NCBI GenBank assembly: GCA_964016885.1
Contig: OZ024747.1
Location: 39,804,001 to 39,868,000, forward strand
Source: Eledone cirrhosa
Lineage: Eukaryota
Direction: 5' to 3'
Length of the DNA: 64,000 bases
Shown: positions 14,001 through 29,757 of the stretch, in pieces
How positions within the stretch are numbered: the first letter of the stretch is position 1
Layout of the letters: each line of letters begins with the position of its first letter
Made by a program: the position numbers and the translations under genes
Notes under the pieces: model-generated
Databases searched by the model: none
What the model was told of the DNA's origin: nothing
Seen by the model: only the letters and a program-made list of their open reading frames with translations

Positions 14001-14943
14001 GAGGCGAGAGTGGTGATGAGGGGGGCGAGGATGGAGTCAAGAAAGGCGGAGATGAGTTAGGTGAGGCAGTTGCAAGCGGAAACGATGTGGCGGCCGGGGT
14101 TGTCGGTTTGTGGAGTTTGGGTAGAAAGTAGATAGTGGGGGTGCGGGGTGTGCGGATCATGAGGTGGGAAGAGGTGGGGGGGGGGCAGGGAGGAGGAGAC
14201 AAGGTGTTGGATGGTGGAGTAAACTTGTTGTTGGTAGAGGGATGTGGGATCGGAGGGTAGAGGGCAGTAGAAGAGGGGGTTACGGAGCTGCCTGAGGGCT
14301 TCAGCCGTGTAGAGGTCAGCGCGCCACACACCACGGCGCCTCCCGTGTCCGCCCGTTTGATGACGATGTCATCGCGTCTACGGAGGGAGCGGAGAGCGAG
14401 GAGTTCGCCCCGTGAAATGTTAATCCGTTGGGGCCGGTGGCGGAAGTCGAAGCGATTTATTGCGCTACGGCAGGCATCGACGAAGGCGTCCAGGGTGCTA
14501 AATTGCCTTGGGGCCGGCGTCCAAGACGATGGTCGTCGGCCCAGTGCGAGAGACGGGTCTGGGGCGTTCGGAGCCGGTTGCGTTTGATGGAATGTGCCTG
14601 TAGCTTGGTGCGTCGCACGAATCGCTCGACTTCCGTTCGGCTGCGGAACTCGTCGCTGTGCAGAGTGTGGTTATGAAGCGAAGGCCTCTACTGGGGAGTG
14701 AGGGCTCAGGTGCGGAGATGGGGGGTGTCAGCGGGTATGGTGAAAACAAGTGGTGGGGTTCGGGTGTGGGAGGGAGGAGGGGAGGTGGGGTGGTAGGGGT
14801 CGGGGATCATAGGGATGGGCGGTGTGTGGTGGATGGGGGTGGTCAGGAGGAGTGAGTGTAGCTTAAGGGCTTTGGTGGAGGTGAGGAAGGAGAAGAGGTC
14901 GTGGTTGAGGTTTTGGATGAAGAGGAGGATGGAGTGGGCGAGG
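11010..14943 (-). mobile_element. Penelope-like element, Neptune type; decayed RT + GIY-YIG ORF, long 3' UTR/pLTR
   Basis: IYFLPKLHK, MGPNHANLFVG, YGRYIDDCIG (PLE RT); PCSRLRCNTCPH linker zinc finger; CTSSNLVYGLHCTECSATYVEQTGRRLADRF (GIY-YIG); both ends at (TA)n. Confidence 0.92.
11088..11122 (-). ncRNA. minimal hammerhead in the Neptune pLTR
   Basis: Minus strand: CTGAAGA AGGGC-TTAT-GCCC GAAA TG TC; same motif at 40443-40477 and 45165-45200. Confidence 0.8.
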
Positions 14944-14955
14944 ATATATATATAT

Positions 14956-14989
<34 letters not shown>

Positions 14990-14992
<3 letters not shown>

Positions 14993-17900
14993 TCTTTATT
15001 AGCCACAGGGGCACAAAAGAAGGGGACAAATGCAAAGGAGGAAGTTTACATACAATAAAAACGTGAAAAATATTATCACAAATGTAATTTAAATATTAGT
15101 CGATTTTCCCCAATAGGGGGAGACATTTCATATGGGTAACACATACCCCCGAAAAAAATGTGAAAACCCTCATCTCCAGGAGTACGAAGAGTTTCTACTC
15201 CTCTTTTTCCTCAACCTACAGGCTAATATAGAGAGAACGCCCATTCACTCGAGCCATTCTCTCCACTTTCACCCACCTTTCATAAAACTTGCTGGGGTAC
15301 AGCACCTCTCTCTCCATCCTGATTCTTCTTCCAAAGTGGTATTTGAAAAAAATAATCAGTTGTTGGCCGGAGATAAAGGTTTCTGACCTCAGCCCTTTCA
15401 ACCTTGTCCACTCTACCATACAACCTCTTTCGCCATAGCTATCACAGAAAGGAAAACCGCCTCTCCTTCGTTTTTGAAGGAGGGTGGCAGTTTGATCATG
15501 ACAGTGGAGTCGGTGGTCAACCGGATTGGTCCCACCCGTGACAATAGTCGTTCTACATAGACCCACAGGTGGGTGACGCCCGGGCAGTGTATGAATGCGT
15601 GCGCGACGATTTCTTCGACTCGCACGCACCTCGGACAGATCTTTTTTGCAGGGTCCCTGCTCGGGCGCCCATCTCTGTAGAGCTTGTCTCGAACTGGTAG
15701 AGCTCCTCGGTAGAAATGCCAGGCCAGGGACTTTTGGATGTTGTCCATCGGTTCCGGGCGGAAGGTCCTACCGAACAGACTGGCCAGTTCGTCTTCCTCT
15801 ACGCGTCGTGGGAAGGCTCGCCTCACGAACGGGGCCCACAGCGGTTGTCCGGTGAGGAATACGTAGAGATGCCGCAGCCTGAGCGCGTGTTTGCGCATCG
15901 TCAGCCACGGCATCCTCAGCCCTCCGTTGGAAGGGCGTTGGCAGCAGATGGATATTCTCACCAAAGGAGCCCGCCTCTTCCAAAGGAATTTGAAGAGCAG
16001 GCGCTCCATTTTTGCGAGCATTTTGGCTGGACAAGGCACGACGGTCAAGCGGTAGTAGATGGCGGACGCTATAAAAGTGTTCGCCACCACCGCTCGACCT
16101 TTCAAGGATAGTTTGCACTCGGCCCACTTCTGGGTGAGTGCAAACACCTTCGCCGACACCTCGTTCCAGTTCTTCTCCACCTGGAGGTCTGGACCAAAGC
16201 AGACCCCGAGCAGCTTTACTGGTCCTTCCGTCCAGCGTCAGACGACGCCATCGGAAGGCATCGGTTTGCCTCTCCACGATCCGAGTTGCAAACCGATGGA
16301 CTTGTTCCGGTTCAGCTTCGCTCCTGTGAACCTTTCGTATTCCTTTAGTAAAGCGCCGACTTCCTCGATTTGCGAGGCGCTCGAGACCATTACTGACACG
16401 TCGTCGGTGTAGGCCGACGCCGCTTTCCGCAGTTCCGGTTCCAGAGGGATGCCCTGCAATAGCTCCAACTTCCGCAGTAGTGGCTCGAGAGTCAATACGT
16501 ACAGAAGGGAGGAGAGAGGGCATCCCTGTCGAATGGATCGCGTGATATGGAACGGCTCCAAGAGGTAGCCGTTCACCTTAACACTTGAGCAGATGTTGCT
16601 GTTATGCATTGCAGCAATCCAGCCCCTGAACACGGGTCCGAAGCCTGCCGCCTCGAGTACCGCATTCAGGTAACGATGGTCAACCCTATCGAAAGCCTTA
16701 GACTGATCCAAGTTGATCAGGGCCCCACCGAAGCCTGGTTTACACCCTACCCTCTCTAGGATGTATCGCATGAGGTGGAGGTTGTCGTGTATGGACCTGG
16801 TCGGGATTGCGCATGTCTGCACTTCTTCCAACAGGTTTTCGACGACAAGCGCCAGCCTCTTTGCCAACACCTTGGCCAAAATCTGTAACTCAGTGTTTAG
16901 CAGAGTTATGGGCCGGAAGTTGCCTATGTCATCCCCCTTATTCTCGTCCTTCCTGACTAGTGTGACTACGCCCCCGGTCACAGAACTGGGAATTCTCCCG
17001 TTCTGATGCCAGTAGCATTAGACTGCTTCCAGGAGACCGGAGAATAATCCGGCATTGCTACGTAAAATTCGTAGGGTAGACCGTCTAGACCTGGAGATTT
17101 GCGTTTGCCGCATTGGCTCAGCGCGTCCCCTATCTCAGCGGCTGAGATCGGCTTTTCGCAGAACTTTGCCTCGCTGTCTGAGAGTAGCGGTAGGCCGTCG
17201 AGGTATGGACCGAAATCCATAGCCCCTCCCGGCGCGCCGCCCTGCCCGAACAGCTGAGCAAAGTGCCGCTGAAAGGCCGCACACATCTCCTTCGGCTCAC
17301 GCATCACCCGTCCGTGTTGGTCCTTCAAAGACCGAATCGTGGACTTGTTGCCACTTTTTGCCTCCGTCACTCGGGCCCAGCTAACAGCTTTGGCGCCCTC
17401 GTTTCCCAGAGCACGTATTTTGCTTCTGACAACGCAGCCCTCATGCTTTCGTCGAAGAACTGGTCCAAGGTCGTTCTCGTTGCTAGCATGCTGGCTACGT
17501 TGCCACTTCTAATTGCCTATTCTACTTTATCTACCAGTTCTTTCTCGGTTCTATTTCTATCTAACGCTAATTCTTTACTAAAAACTAACGAGTCTAATCT
17601 AACTACCCTCTTGAGAGTGTACCACCATCTGTTGTTGACAATGGCCCCTGTCAAGTGCTGTTTAACTAAAGTGCTAATCCGTCTACTGTAGGCTTTGCAT
17701 GTTGGGAACGACAAGTTCAGCTTCCAGTAGCCGGGTCCTTGTTTATGGATTCTATCAAGGTTGACCATGCAGGTCACTAGTTTGTGATCTGAATAGGCAA
17801 CCATGAACATTTGTGGACAGCTTAACATGTCCCTATCTTTATTTCTAACTAGAACCCTATCTAGGTACGATCTAGATATTCCGCTACGATTAGTCCACGT

Positions 17901-18882
17901 CCACAGTGGCACAGTCGGAAAATCTAGTCGATATCTATCGGCCAGGTCAAATCGGCCGATTAACTGTTTGAGGATGTTACACCCCCCTTTATTGGGACAA
18001 GCTCCCACATAGTCCCAACGTGCATCTAGGATTCCATTCCAGTCCCCCACTAAAAGCAAGGAGCGGGACATTCCCAGTAAACTCTCTAGACGTTTGAAGA
18101 AGTCTGGCGGCGGTGCCCTGGATGGGGCATATGCGGCCACCAGTCTGAAGGCTCCACCTTCACTACCGTCAACGTCTAGGACCACCAGTCGACCCTCCGG
18201 GTCCAGATGTACCGTCTGTGTTACGAGGCCCAGGTGTTTCCGCAGCAAAACGGCAACTCCGCCCCACCTCCCGGCTGACAGAGAGATGCGTAGATCTCAA
18301 AGTTATCGAAGATGGGGGCCAGCTGTCGCTCGCTGTGGATCCTGGACGCGCAAATGGCTACTACATCTATACTGTGCGACCTGAGGTCGTTTAAGAGTTT
18401 GTCCTGTTTCCAGGGCATCCCCAGGCCGCGTACATTCACACACCCAACTCTTATATTGGCCATGTTGGTTCTGAAAAGTTAAAAGAGGAGAAGAAAACAG
18501 TCACCTCTTCGTCTCCCGGGGATCAGGCCGCACAGTTTCCATGGGGGTGTTAGAGGAGTTGTCTGGGTGGGTGGTGGTTTCCGGCGGGGTGGGGACGGAG
18601 ATGTTTGGTGGGGTGGGGGTGTCTGGGGTGAGGGTGGGGAATCTTTTTAAAAGAATACAAGGATTACCCACGTCCTTAGGAAAGTTTTTATTTAAAGACT
18701 TATAAGTGTCCGTAGGGACCCTAATCATCTTTAAATTAGGTTTGTCTACACAGTTCGAATAAGTTTTCCCTTCGGTTTTCACCGAAGGGTCGTTGGAGAT
18801 GACCTCCATTAAAGTTTTGTTTTTACTATTTATGTATGTGTAATGTTCTTGTTGTGTTGCGGTGATTTTTGACTGTTGTTCT
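14990..18882 (-). mobile_element. L1/Tx1-clade LINE: probable ORF1 3' end, near-complete frameshifted ORF2 (APE endonuclease + RT), intact 3' end
   Basis: ORF2 start MANIRVGCVNVRGL at 18463; VGDWN, SYLDRVLV, YSDHKLV (APE); FRPITLLN, DQSKAFDRV, QGCPLS, YTDD (RT); 3' AATAAAGAAAC followed by (AT)n. Confidence 0.94.
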
Positions 18883-19606
18883 TCGATACCCGCTTGTTTT
18901 CACGTCATTCGATCACCAATACATAGTTGTAACCAGTCAATTCATGCACAGGTCAAACGGGAAGAAGGAGGGGAGGACGAGAGGTAGTAACAGAGAAAGA
19001 GTGAGTGAAGGGTGAGGAAGAGGCTAACAGAGAGAGTGACTGCTAGAGAGGGTAAAGATACAGAAATCACAGACTAGATCCCTTCTTCCCCCCGTTAGAC
19101 CTGTACGGAATTCCTTCCTTGCTTATATTCCAACCAGGTTTGATGGTCTTTATTCTCTCTCGTTCACGATTTCGCCGAATTTAAATTCATAGAAATTTGG
19201 GACTTGACTCCTTCTTCCTCAGTTTCTGTTGCTTCACCATTTTGTTTGTTTACACTCGTGTCCCCTTTAATTACGTGTCCCAACGACTTTTTTTAGCCGT
19301 TGCTCGCACCAACCGGAGGTATATGGTCTTTAAAGCGATGAAATACCAATGATGGTTGGAAGATCACTTATGAAGGACTAACTTTATTCATATGTAACCC
19401 ATTAGCAACCCGCAGCACGTTTTTCTCATATATATATATATATATACACATACATGAATTGACTGGTTACAACTATGTATTGGTGATCTAATGACGTGAA
19501 AACAAGCGGGTATCGATCTCTAGACCTACCAGTTCAGAGAAACAATTGTCAGCAATGAGATTAAAAACCTTTTTTGTATAGCAAATCGTGTCACCCTTCT
19601 TTCCTG

Positions 19607-19612
<6 letters not shown>
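18883..19612. mobile_element. short element with 64-bp inverted repeats and a degenerate HHR, ending at (TA)n
   Basis: 18883-18946 is the reverse complement of 19453-19516 with 1 mismatch; CTAATGA...GAAA CAATTG TC at 19488-19550; tail also present at 44697-44763 on the minus strand. Confidence 0.65.
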
Positions 19613-19641
<29 letters not shown>

Positions 19642-19648
<7 letters not shown>

Positions 19649-20251
19649 TAGAATTGTAGCTCTGAAATAGCAATATATATATGGATGTAAATATAATGTA
19701 TTTTGCAATACATTTTATGCTTAATTAAAAGCATTTTGAAGACCGTAAGCTATTGTTTTAAAGTAGTGACAAATTCACTCACTTCGATCTCAGCAAACAG
19801 GAGTCGGCTTATCTCCTCCTGTTTGCTGAGATCGAAGTGAGTGAATTTGTCACTACTTTAAAACAATAGCTTACGGTCTTCAAAATGCTTTTAATTAAGC
19901 ATAAAATGTATTGCAAAATACATTATATTTACATCCATATATATATTGCTATTTCAGAGCTACAATTCTAATTTTTAATTTCTGCCTGACCAACAACCGC
20001 TCTGCATAATCAGCTCCTGATTATTTACTAGATTTCTATAAGAATATAACATCATTGATCTCAGCAGACGGGCGGGGTAGTTGGCCTTGATAAGCTTCAA
20101 CTAAAGCGAAACATGTCATGTCGGCTTATCTCCTCCTGTTTGCTGAGATCGAAGTGAGTGAATTTGTCACTACTTTAAAACAATAGCTTACGGTCTTCAA
20201 AATGCTTTTAATTAAGCATAAAATGTATTGCAAAATACATTATATTTACAT

Positions 20252-20262
<11 letters not shown>
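19642..20262 (+). mobile_element. retrozyme-like element: partial tandem of a 317-nt unit plus a 162-bp perfect 5' fold-back
   Basis: TCGGCTTATCTCC recurs at 19804 and 20121; inverted arms 19642-19803 / 19816-19977; no ORF; (TA)n on both sides. Confidence 0.8.
20083..20126 (+). ncRNA. type-I hammerhead with U3:A8 core variant
   Basis: GGCC TTGATAA GCTT-CAACTA-AAGC GAA ACAT-GTC-ATGT C GGCT; all three stems pair; GUC cleavage predicted after 20122. Confidence 0.82.
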
Positions 20263-20305
<43 letters not shown>

Positions 20306-20921
20306 TGTGTGTGTGTGTTTGTGTGTGTGTGTATATATGTGTGTATGTATATTTATATAGAGAGAGAAGTGGAAGCCTAGTAAAATCGTAGATTTGGCTG
20401 TGGCCAAGCTAACAACCTACAATTAGGAATGACTAGCAAAGCACTCAATAAGATGGGCCCTCTAGAGTAATAACATACGTTTAGACAGCTTGACAAATTG
20501 AAAATTGCGGCAGGCAGACCTAGCCACACAATACCAAAAACAACTCAGATTAGACAACTGAGCTGGACATATCGAACAATATTTTGCAATACGTCCGATA
20601 GGTTTCTATGAAAACCGTATCATCCATCCAGCTTACGTAAAATGCAAGCATGTGGTATTCCATGATGGAACAGGACTCCCGTCATTAACCGAAAATTTTG
20701 TTCTATGCCTCAACCCCGTGTGGAATGTAACGTTGAATCGCTATCGTTTGCAGCCCTCAATGTTGCACTGTCACGTGTTATTTCCAACAAGGGAAGTAAC
20801 CCCGGGTTTTTGGCGGGTAAATTCAAAGTGTGAAAAATGGAAATCAATTCCGTTCCACATTCCGAATTAAAAGCTCTCGACTAGACGTACATATAAATAT
20901 ATATATATTTATATATCAACT

Positions 20922-21137
20922 AGAAATTGATTGACATATAAATAAACATATGAAACAATCACAGGGGATAATTTGTAAAAGTGTTTCATATGTTTATTTA
21001 TATGTCAATCAATTTCTAGTTGATATAAAATGCTCGGATCTATTCATTAGAATCTTAGAGCATATTTTACGGGTGATATGGCGCATGTTTATCCGGGTGA
21101 CATCCTTAATTTAATTTAATTTAATTTATCTTAATTT

Positions 21138-21140
<3 letters not shown>
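20922..21140 (+). mobile_element. fold-back 3'-end fragment between (TA)n tracts
   Basis: Inverted arms TATATCAACTAGAAATTGA..TGAAACA (20922-20957) / TGTTTCA..TTGATATA (20982-21027), then an ATGCTC..GAGCAT hairpin. Confidence 0.65.
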
Positions 21141-21207
<67 letters not shown>

Positions 21208-21233
21208 TATATAAATATGTATATATATACATG

Positions 21234-21344
<111 letters not shown>

Positions 21345-21351
21345 CTGTGTA

Positions 21352-22150
21352 AAATGGAAAACGAAGAATCAGTGATGCACCGGAACTCAATTTATTACAT
21401 ATTACAATTGTTTCTCCGGCGAACAGCTCGAGGTGAGATCTCTTTGTGGATCGAACCTGACTCTGGATTCGCAAGTTCTTCAGATACCTCTAGTGATTTC
21501 GAACCAAATTATCTTTCTGCTGGACCAAATTATCTTTCTGCTGAATTTTTGTCATATGCCTTCATCTGTTTGCGCGTCACTTATATTGGTCGATGGTTCG
21601 TGACGTCATCATAGTTCTTGATCACTGAAATATGCCCATTGGCCATTTCCATTCAGGCGTGAGCTGTCACTCACCCCAATCCCATCATCAAAATTACTGC
21701 TGTGTGAATTGTAGTCTTTATTATTTCCCATACCAATCCTTTGCTTGCCTGCCTCCCCATACATATAAACCCACACACACATGTGCTCACACCTATATAG
21801 AGGCATTCCGAGCCACTAATCGTACACTTATCTGTGTGGACCTACATACACTCACACACTCACACATAGAGCTTGCGTGCTTGCGTTCACACATGTACAT
21901 ACACACGCACACACACACATATGCGACCCATATGTATATGCTTACATATGCATTCATTGAAGCCTACTCTATCACACACACACACCACACATAGAGCTTG
22001 CGTGCTTGCGTTCAAACATGTACATACAAATATATCTTTATATCCCCCTCTCATATATAAGTACATTCATACGCAGACACATTCCCACACGTACACATAC
22101 GGGACCCACGTATATACATGTATCTATTCATACACAGTCAGACCTTTAAT
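21352..22150 (-). mobile_element. PLE-type pLTR/3' UTR (family Y)
   Basis: Homologous to 39700-40250 (-) and 43213-43412 (+); contains an HHR and AATAAA; ends at TG/TA repeats. Confidence 0.7.
21399..21487 (-). ncRNA. hammerhead with extended stem II
   Basis: Minus strand: TAT CTGAAGA ..GCGAA..AGGT..GATC-loop-GATC..ACCT..TTCGC.. GAAA CAATTG TA ATA, then AATAAA. Confidence 0.65.
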
Positions 22151-22479
22151 TTATTTTCTATTATCTCTACTTCACATATATATTATTACACATATCGATA
22201 GATTATTAAATTCCTTTATATGACTGCTTGAAACTCCTTTAAGAAAAATTTTTTCTAGAAAAACTTACTGAAGGGTTTAAGAAAATCTTTTGAAAATTCC
22301 TTTGAAGGATATAGAAAAACTATATTTTTATATTTTTATATTCTTATATTTTCAAAGTTTTTAAGATATATATCCAAATGTTTATATATATGTGGAAAAA
22401 CATATGTTTTTTTTTGTATATATATGTGGAGTAACCTATGGTTTATGCTTTAAATATATTCTCATGAAAAATGTTTTTA

Positions 22480-22950
22480 TAGCAAGTAAATTTATGACTT
22501 CGTATAAAATAACATAAGGTTCATGTTCTAATTACATTCTTAAGATAGAAAATTTAACTTCTTAACTTTATAACATTTAATCTTTAGTGACATCTGAGTT
22601 CTTAAAAAAATCACTTATAACTTCATTTACGCTCCTTTACTGTTTTTATAATATAACTAAGTGGTTATTCTTTTGTAAACTCTCGAAAATTTTCCATAAA
22701 TTTAGAATTATTTGGATATTTTAAATTTTTCTCTCACTTAAAAATATAATTACGCTCTCCTCCATTCACACTATTTTCACTGTCAAAAATATATATTCAT
22801 TCCTTCTTTTTCCTTTCTTTTTTTTTCCCTCTCTCCCTCACAATATCACCTTCTTCCAACAGTTTAATTTAAATAAACCGTTATCTTTTCACCCTTTCGG
22901 ACACTCATTTGCATACTCAATCATAACCTTCTATCACCCTCAATAAATGT
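22480..22950 (-). pseudogene. possible highly decayed PLE GIY-YIG remnant
   Basis: Fragmentary minus-strand translation NCWKKVIL..EYIFLT..ERNY resembles the Naiad endonuclease; many stops. Confidence 0.3.
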
Positions 22951-22960
22951 AATATCTCCA

Positions 22961-23140
22961 CTATCCAGGAAGCTCCAACCGTTAAGGTTGTCTTTTTTCA
23001 GGGTATGTCAATATTTATTTAGAAAACTAATCTGTATTGTATTTTATCTGATGAAAGCGCACCATAATTTGCCTTGGTGGCCTTTGAAATATGTATAATA
23101 AAATAAATATGGTTTTATAAATATAGTTTCCATTTGTTAA
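22961..23140 (+). mobile_element. family-X short element with HHR core
   Basis: Starts CTATCCA; CTGATGA at 23048-23054; GAAA at 23086; ends TATGGTTTTATAAATATAGTTTCCATTT. Confidence 0.75.
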
Positions 23141-23169
23141 TATATTGCATATACACATATATATATATA

Positions 23170-26509
<3,340 letters not shown>

Positions 26510-26714
26510 TATGTGTATGTATGCATGTGTGTCGGTGTGTTTCTTTGTGTTTATTCATATATATTTAAAAGAGAGATTAATATCAGTTTCTATCATAAGA
26601 TGAATCTTCAATCTATCATCCTTATATAATTAAAGAAGCGTATTCGATTAAAATAGTACGGATAACGTTTGCTTTTACGTCGAAAATGTTTTGTTCCTTT
26701 GCAATTATACATGA

Positions 26715-26850
26715 TACATAGGAATGCATTGAAGGAGGACTTGAAGAATGTACGTATTGACTCCAGGAACATTGAAAGTCTCGCGTTGAATTGTTCTACC
26801 TGGCGTCCAAAATTATGCGATGGTGTGAAACCTTTTGAGCAACACAGGCT
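26715..26850 (+). mobile_element. RTE-clade LINE 3' fragment
   Basis: LKEDLKNVRIDSRNIESLALNCSTWRPKLCDGVKPFE is typical of RTE C-termini; 49 bp is repeated in inverted orientation at 27414-27462. Confidence 0.6.
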
Positions 26851-27226
26851 ATTGTATATAAATATTAAGAAAAATATATGAAAAATACAGCCACTTAGGG
26901 AATATCAAATTTATGGAACTTTTTCTAGTGTTTGTGGCATAATCTGCTTCACAGAGTCGGAACTTCAATCTCACATACGAGCACACAATAGGGAACCCTG
27001 AATATATAATATACCAGTTCAACTTTATCAATGACACAAGATCTGCAAATCCCAAGGTAGTCTTAGGAAACATTTCATGCCCAAGCTCTTCCAAATCTAG
27101 AATGAAATTTATGTGGACGGTTTTTAAAATATATGACTGGTCTAAAAACCACATAAGATCTCATGGCAGAATTGAGCATCATGTACACTGGAGTGGGCAA
27201 ACTTTGTATTTAGCTGACAACCCCTC

Positions 27227-27278
<52 letters not shown>

Positions 27279-27293
27279 CCTCTCGTTCTCTCT

Positions 27294-27415
<122 letters not shown>

Positions 27416-27698
27416 CGCATAATTTTGGACGCCAGGTAGAACAATTCAACGCGAGACTTTCAGTGGCGAAGGGTAACCTGGAAAGCAGGGCATGCAGTCC
27501 AATCCCCATGGCGGAAAGTAGGGCTGTGCAGACTTACACCCCCCTCTCAATTCCCTCTAAATGACCCTCCCGGTCAAAGCCGCATGTAGTGCTATCTAGT
27601 GTGTGTGTGTGTTATCTTTTTATGTGTCTACGATTTAGCAAGCAGCCAACATTCTGCTTGCTTCAACCGACGCTGTCGTGTGTTTGTGTGTATGTGTG

Positions 27699-27762
<64 letters not shown>

Positions 27763-28399
27763 CTTTGTATGTGTCTACGATTTAGTAAGCGGCCAAAATT
27801 CTGCTTGCTTAAACCGGCGCAATTGATCAACTCAAGATTATATAACGCATGCATGCACCCTTCGCCCCTGATATATATATATATGTACATAAATTAATTA
27901 AAATAATGAATAAAAACAAAGAAACAGTTCCTTATATTAAAAAATTCATCATTTTACGATCGTTTCTAGGATATATATGTGTGTGTTGGTATGTATATCA
28001 TATAGATCTATGTAAACATTTTACAAACTATGAGAGGGAATATACATACCTACACATATATATGCTGTCTTCAGAAATAATTAATATATATATGTATATA
28101 TATATAGTAATAATAAATACAAAAACAAAAAGCCAAAGAAGGATCGATAAGAGTTGTATGTATATATAAGTATATATACACTTGTGGAGCAAATATTTAT
28201 GATAAGAACAGATTAAAAGTTTAAGGAAATGACCATGGTGATTGCACCTCGAAAGTTTCCATCTGAGACACTAGTCTAATCAATGTGTTATTGTAGAAGA
28301 CCAGCAGTGACCCATGCATTCCACTCTCCCAAACCCACGCAATAAAATGTTGTCCAAAGCAAAGACAATGGCCGGTACATCTTGGCACGTGTCACTTCC

Positions 28400-28530
28400 A
28401 AATATATTTCTATACCTGAGTAAACTGAAGCAACGTCAAGTGTCATGCTCAAAGACATAACGCATCACTCAGTCTGGGAAACGAACTCACATGATTGCAA
28501 GTCCAACGCCTTTACCACTGCCATACGCCT
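28400..28530 (-). mobile_element. degenerate CORE-type tRNA SINE
   Basis: AAGTGTCATGCTCAAAGACA (CORE, reverse complement) and a tRNA-like head GGCAGTGGTAAAGGCG..GAGTTCGTTTCC on the minus strand. Confidence 0.5.
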
Positions 28531-28743
28531 TCCGAAACACATGCAGACACACACAGACACACACAAACACACAAACACACAGACACACAGACACACACAC
28601 ACATATATATATATGAGTGCGTGCGTGTGGTGTATATGTATATGTATATATATATACACACACATATATATATATATATATTAGTTTCAGAAGATCCCGT
28701 TAAGGGTAAAGCAGCGATTCTTTGCTTAAACTTTAATCTGTTA

Positions 28744-28823
<80 letters not shown>

Positions 28824-28824
<1 letters not shown>

Positions 28825-29122
28825 CAATGATATTAATGGAAACTAGATTTATAAAACCATATTTATTCTATTATATATATTTCAAGGGTACCAAAACTTT
28901 GGTACGCTCTCATCAGATAAAATACAAAATTTGTTCTATAAGGTGACATACCCCAGAAACCAGACCCTATCGGTTCAGATTCTGCTTGGACAGACTATCC
29001 AAACAGAACCTGGATAGACTATCCAAACAGAACCCGAACCGACTAGAAAACTGTCGAGTGCCTCGAATCAGTTATAAATATATATATTTGTTGAATTACC
29101 AGCAAATTAAATATCCCTTTTG

Positions 29123-29126
<4 letters not shown>
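28824..29126. mobile_element. family-X fold-back element with HHR core (28868-28922, minus)
   Basis: Minus strand: CTGATGA GAGC GTACCAAA-GT-TTTGGTAC CCTT GAAA TATATA; folds back at CTATCCAAA; plus-strand tail ends in (TA)n. Confidence 0.8.
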
Positions 29127-29179
<53 letters not shown>

Positions 29180-29716
29180 TTCATTCATACATTTCATACA
29201 TGTACCCAGTGTATTTGCGCGTGCGCACCAATGTATTTTGGCGTTTATTCTTCGTAATTCGTTTCTAAATTGTTTTGTTATTTTCCCGAATGTCTGATTT
29301 TGTATTTAGAATTTTAATTTTTCTGTTCAAAATACTTTAAATTGGCTGTAAGCTACAAAGATTTTAATTAATATTTTAGAATTCAATATGAAATATAGCA
29401 AATATAAATTACATATTTGTGTGTCTGATGCAGACATGTATGTATATATATATATGTATGTATGTATGTATGTGTGTATGTATGTATGTATGTATGTATG
29501 TACGTATGTATGTATGTATGTATGTATTTATATTTGTATGTTTCTCTCTCTATATATATATACATATATAGACATATGTATGTGTGTATATATATACATC
29601 TATTTATATGTATGTATAAATGTCTATATGTATATATATATATCGATACAAACATAAAGCTATCTATCTATATATATACCTGCATAAGTGTGTATATGAA
29701 CGATGTATGCATATAT

Positions 29717-29757
<41 letters not shown>

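Noticed and set aside
19642-20262. Interpreting the fold-backs as TA-targeting Tc1/mariner MITEs
   Set aside because: The arms are asymmetric with a single-copy tail, arm lengths differ among copies of a family, and HHRs are present. This fits PLE/retrozyme-type inversion better.
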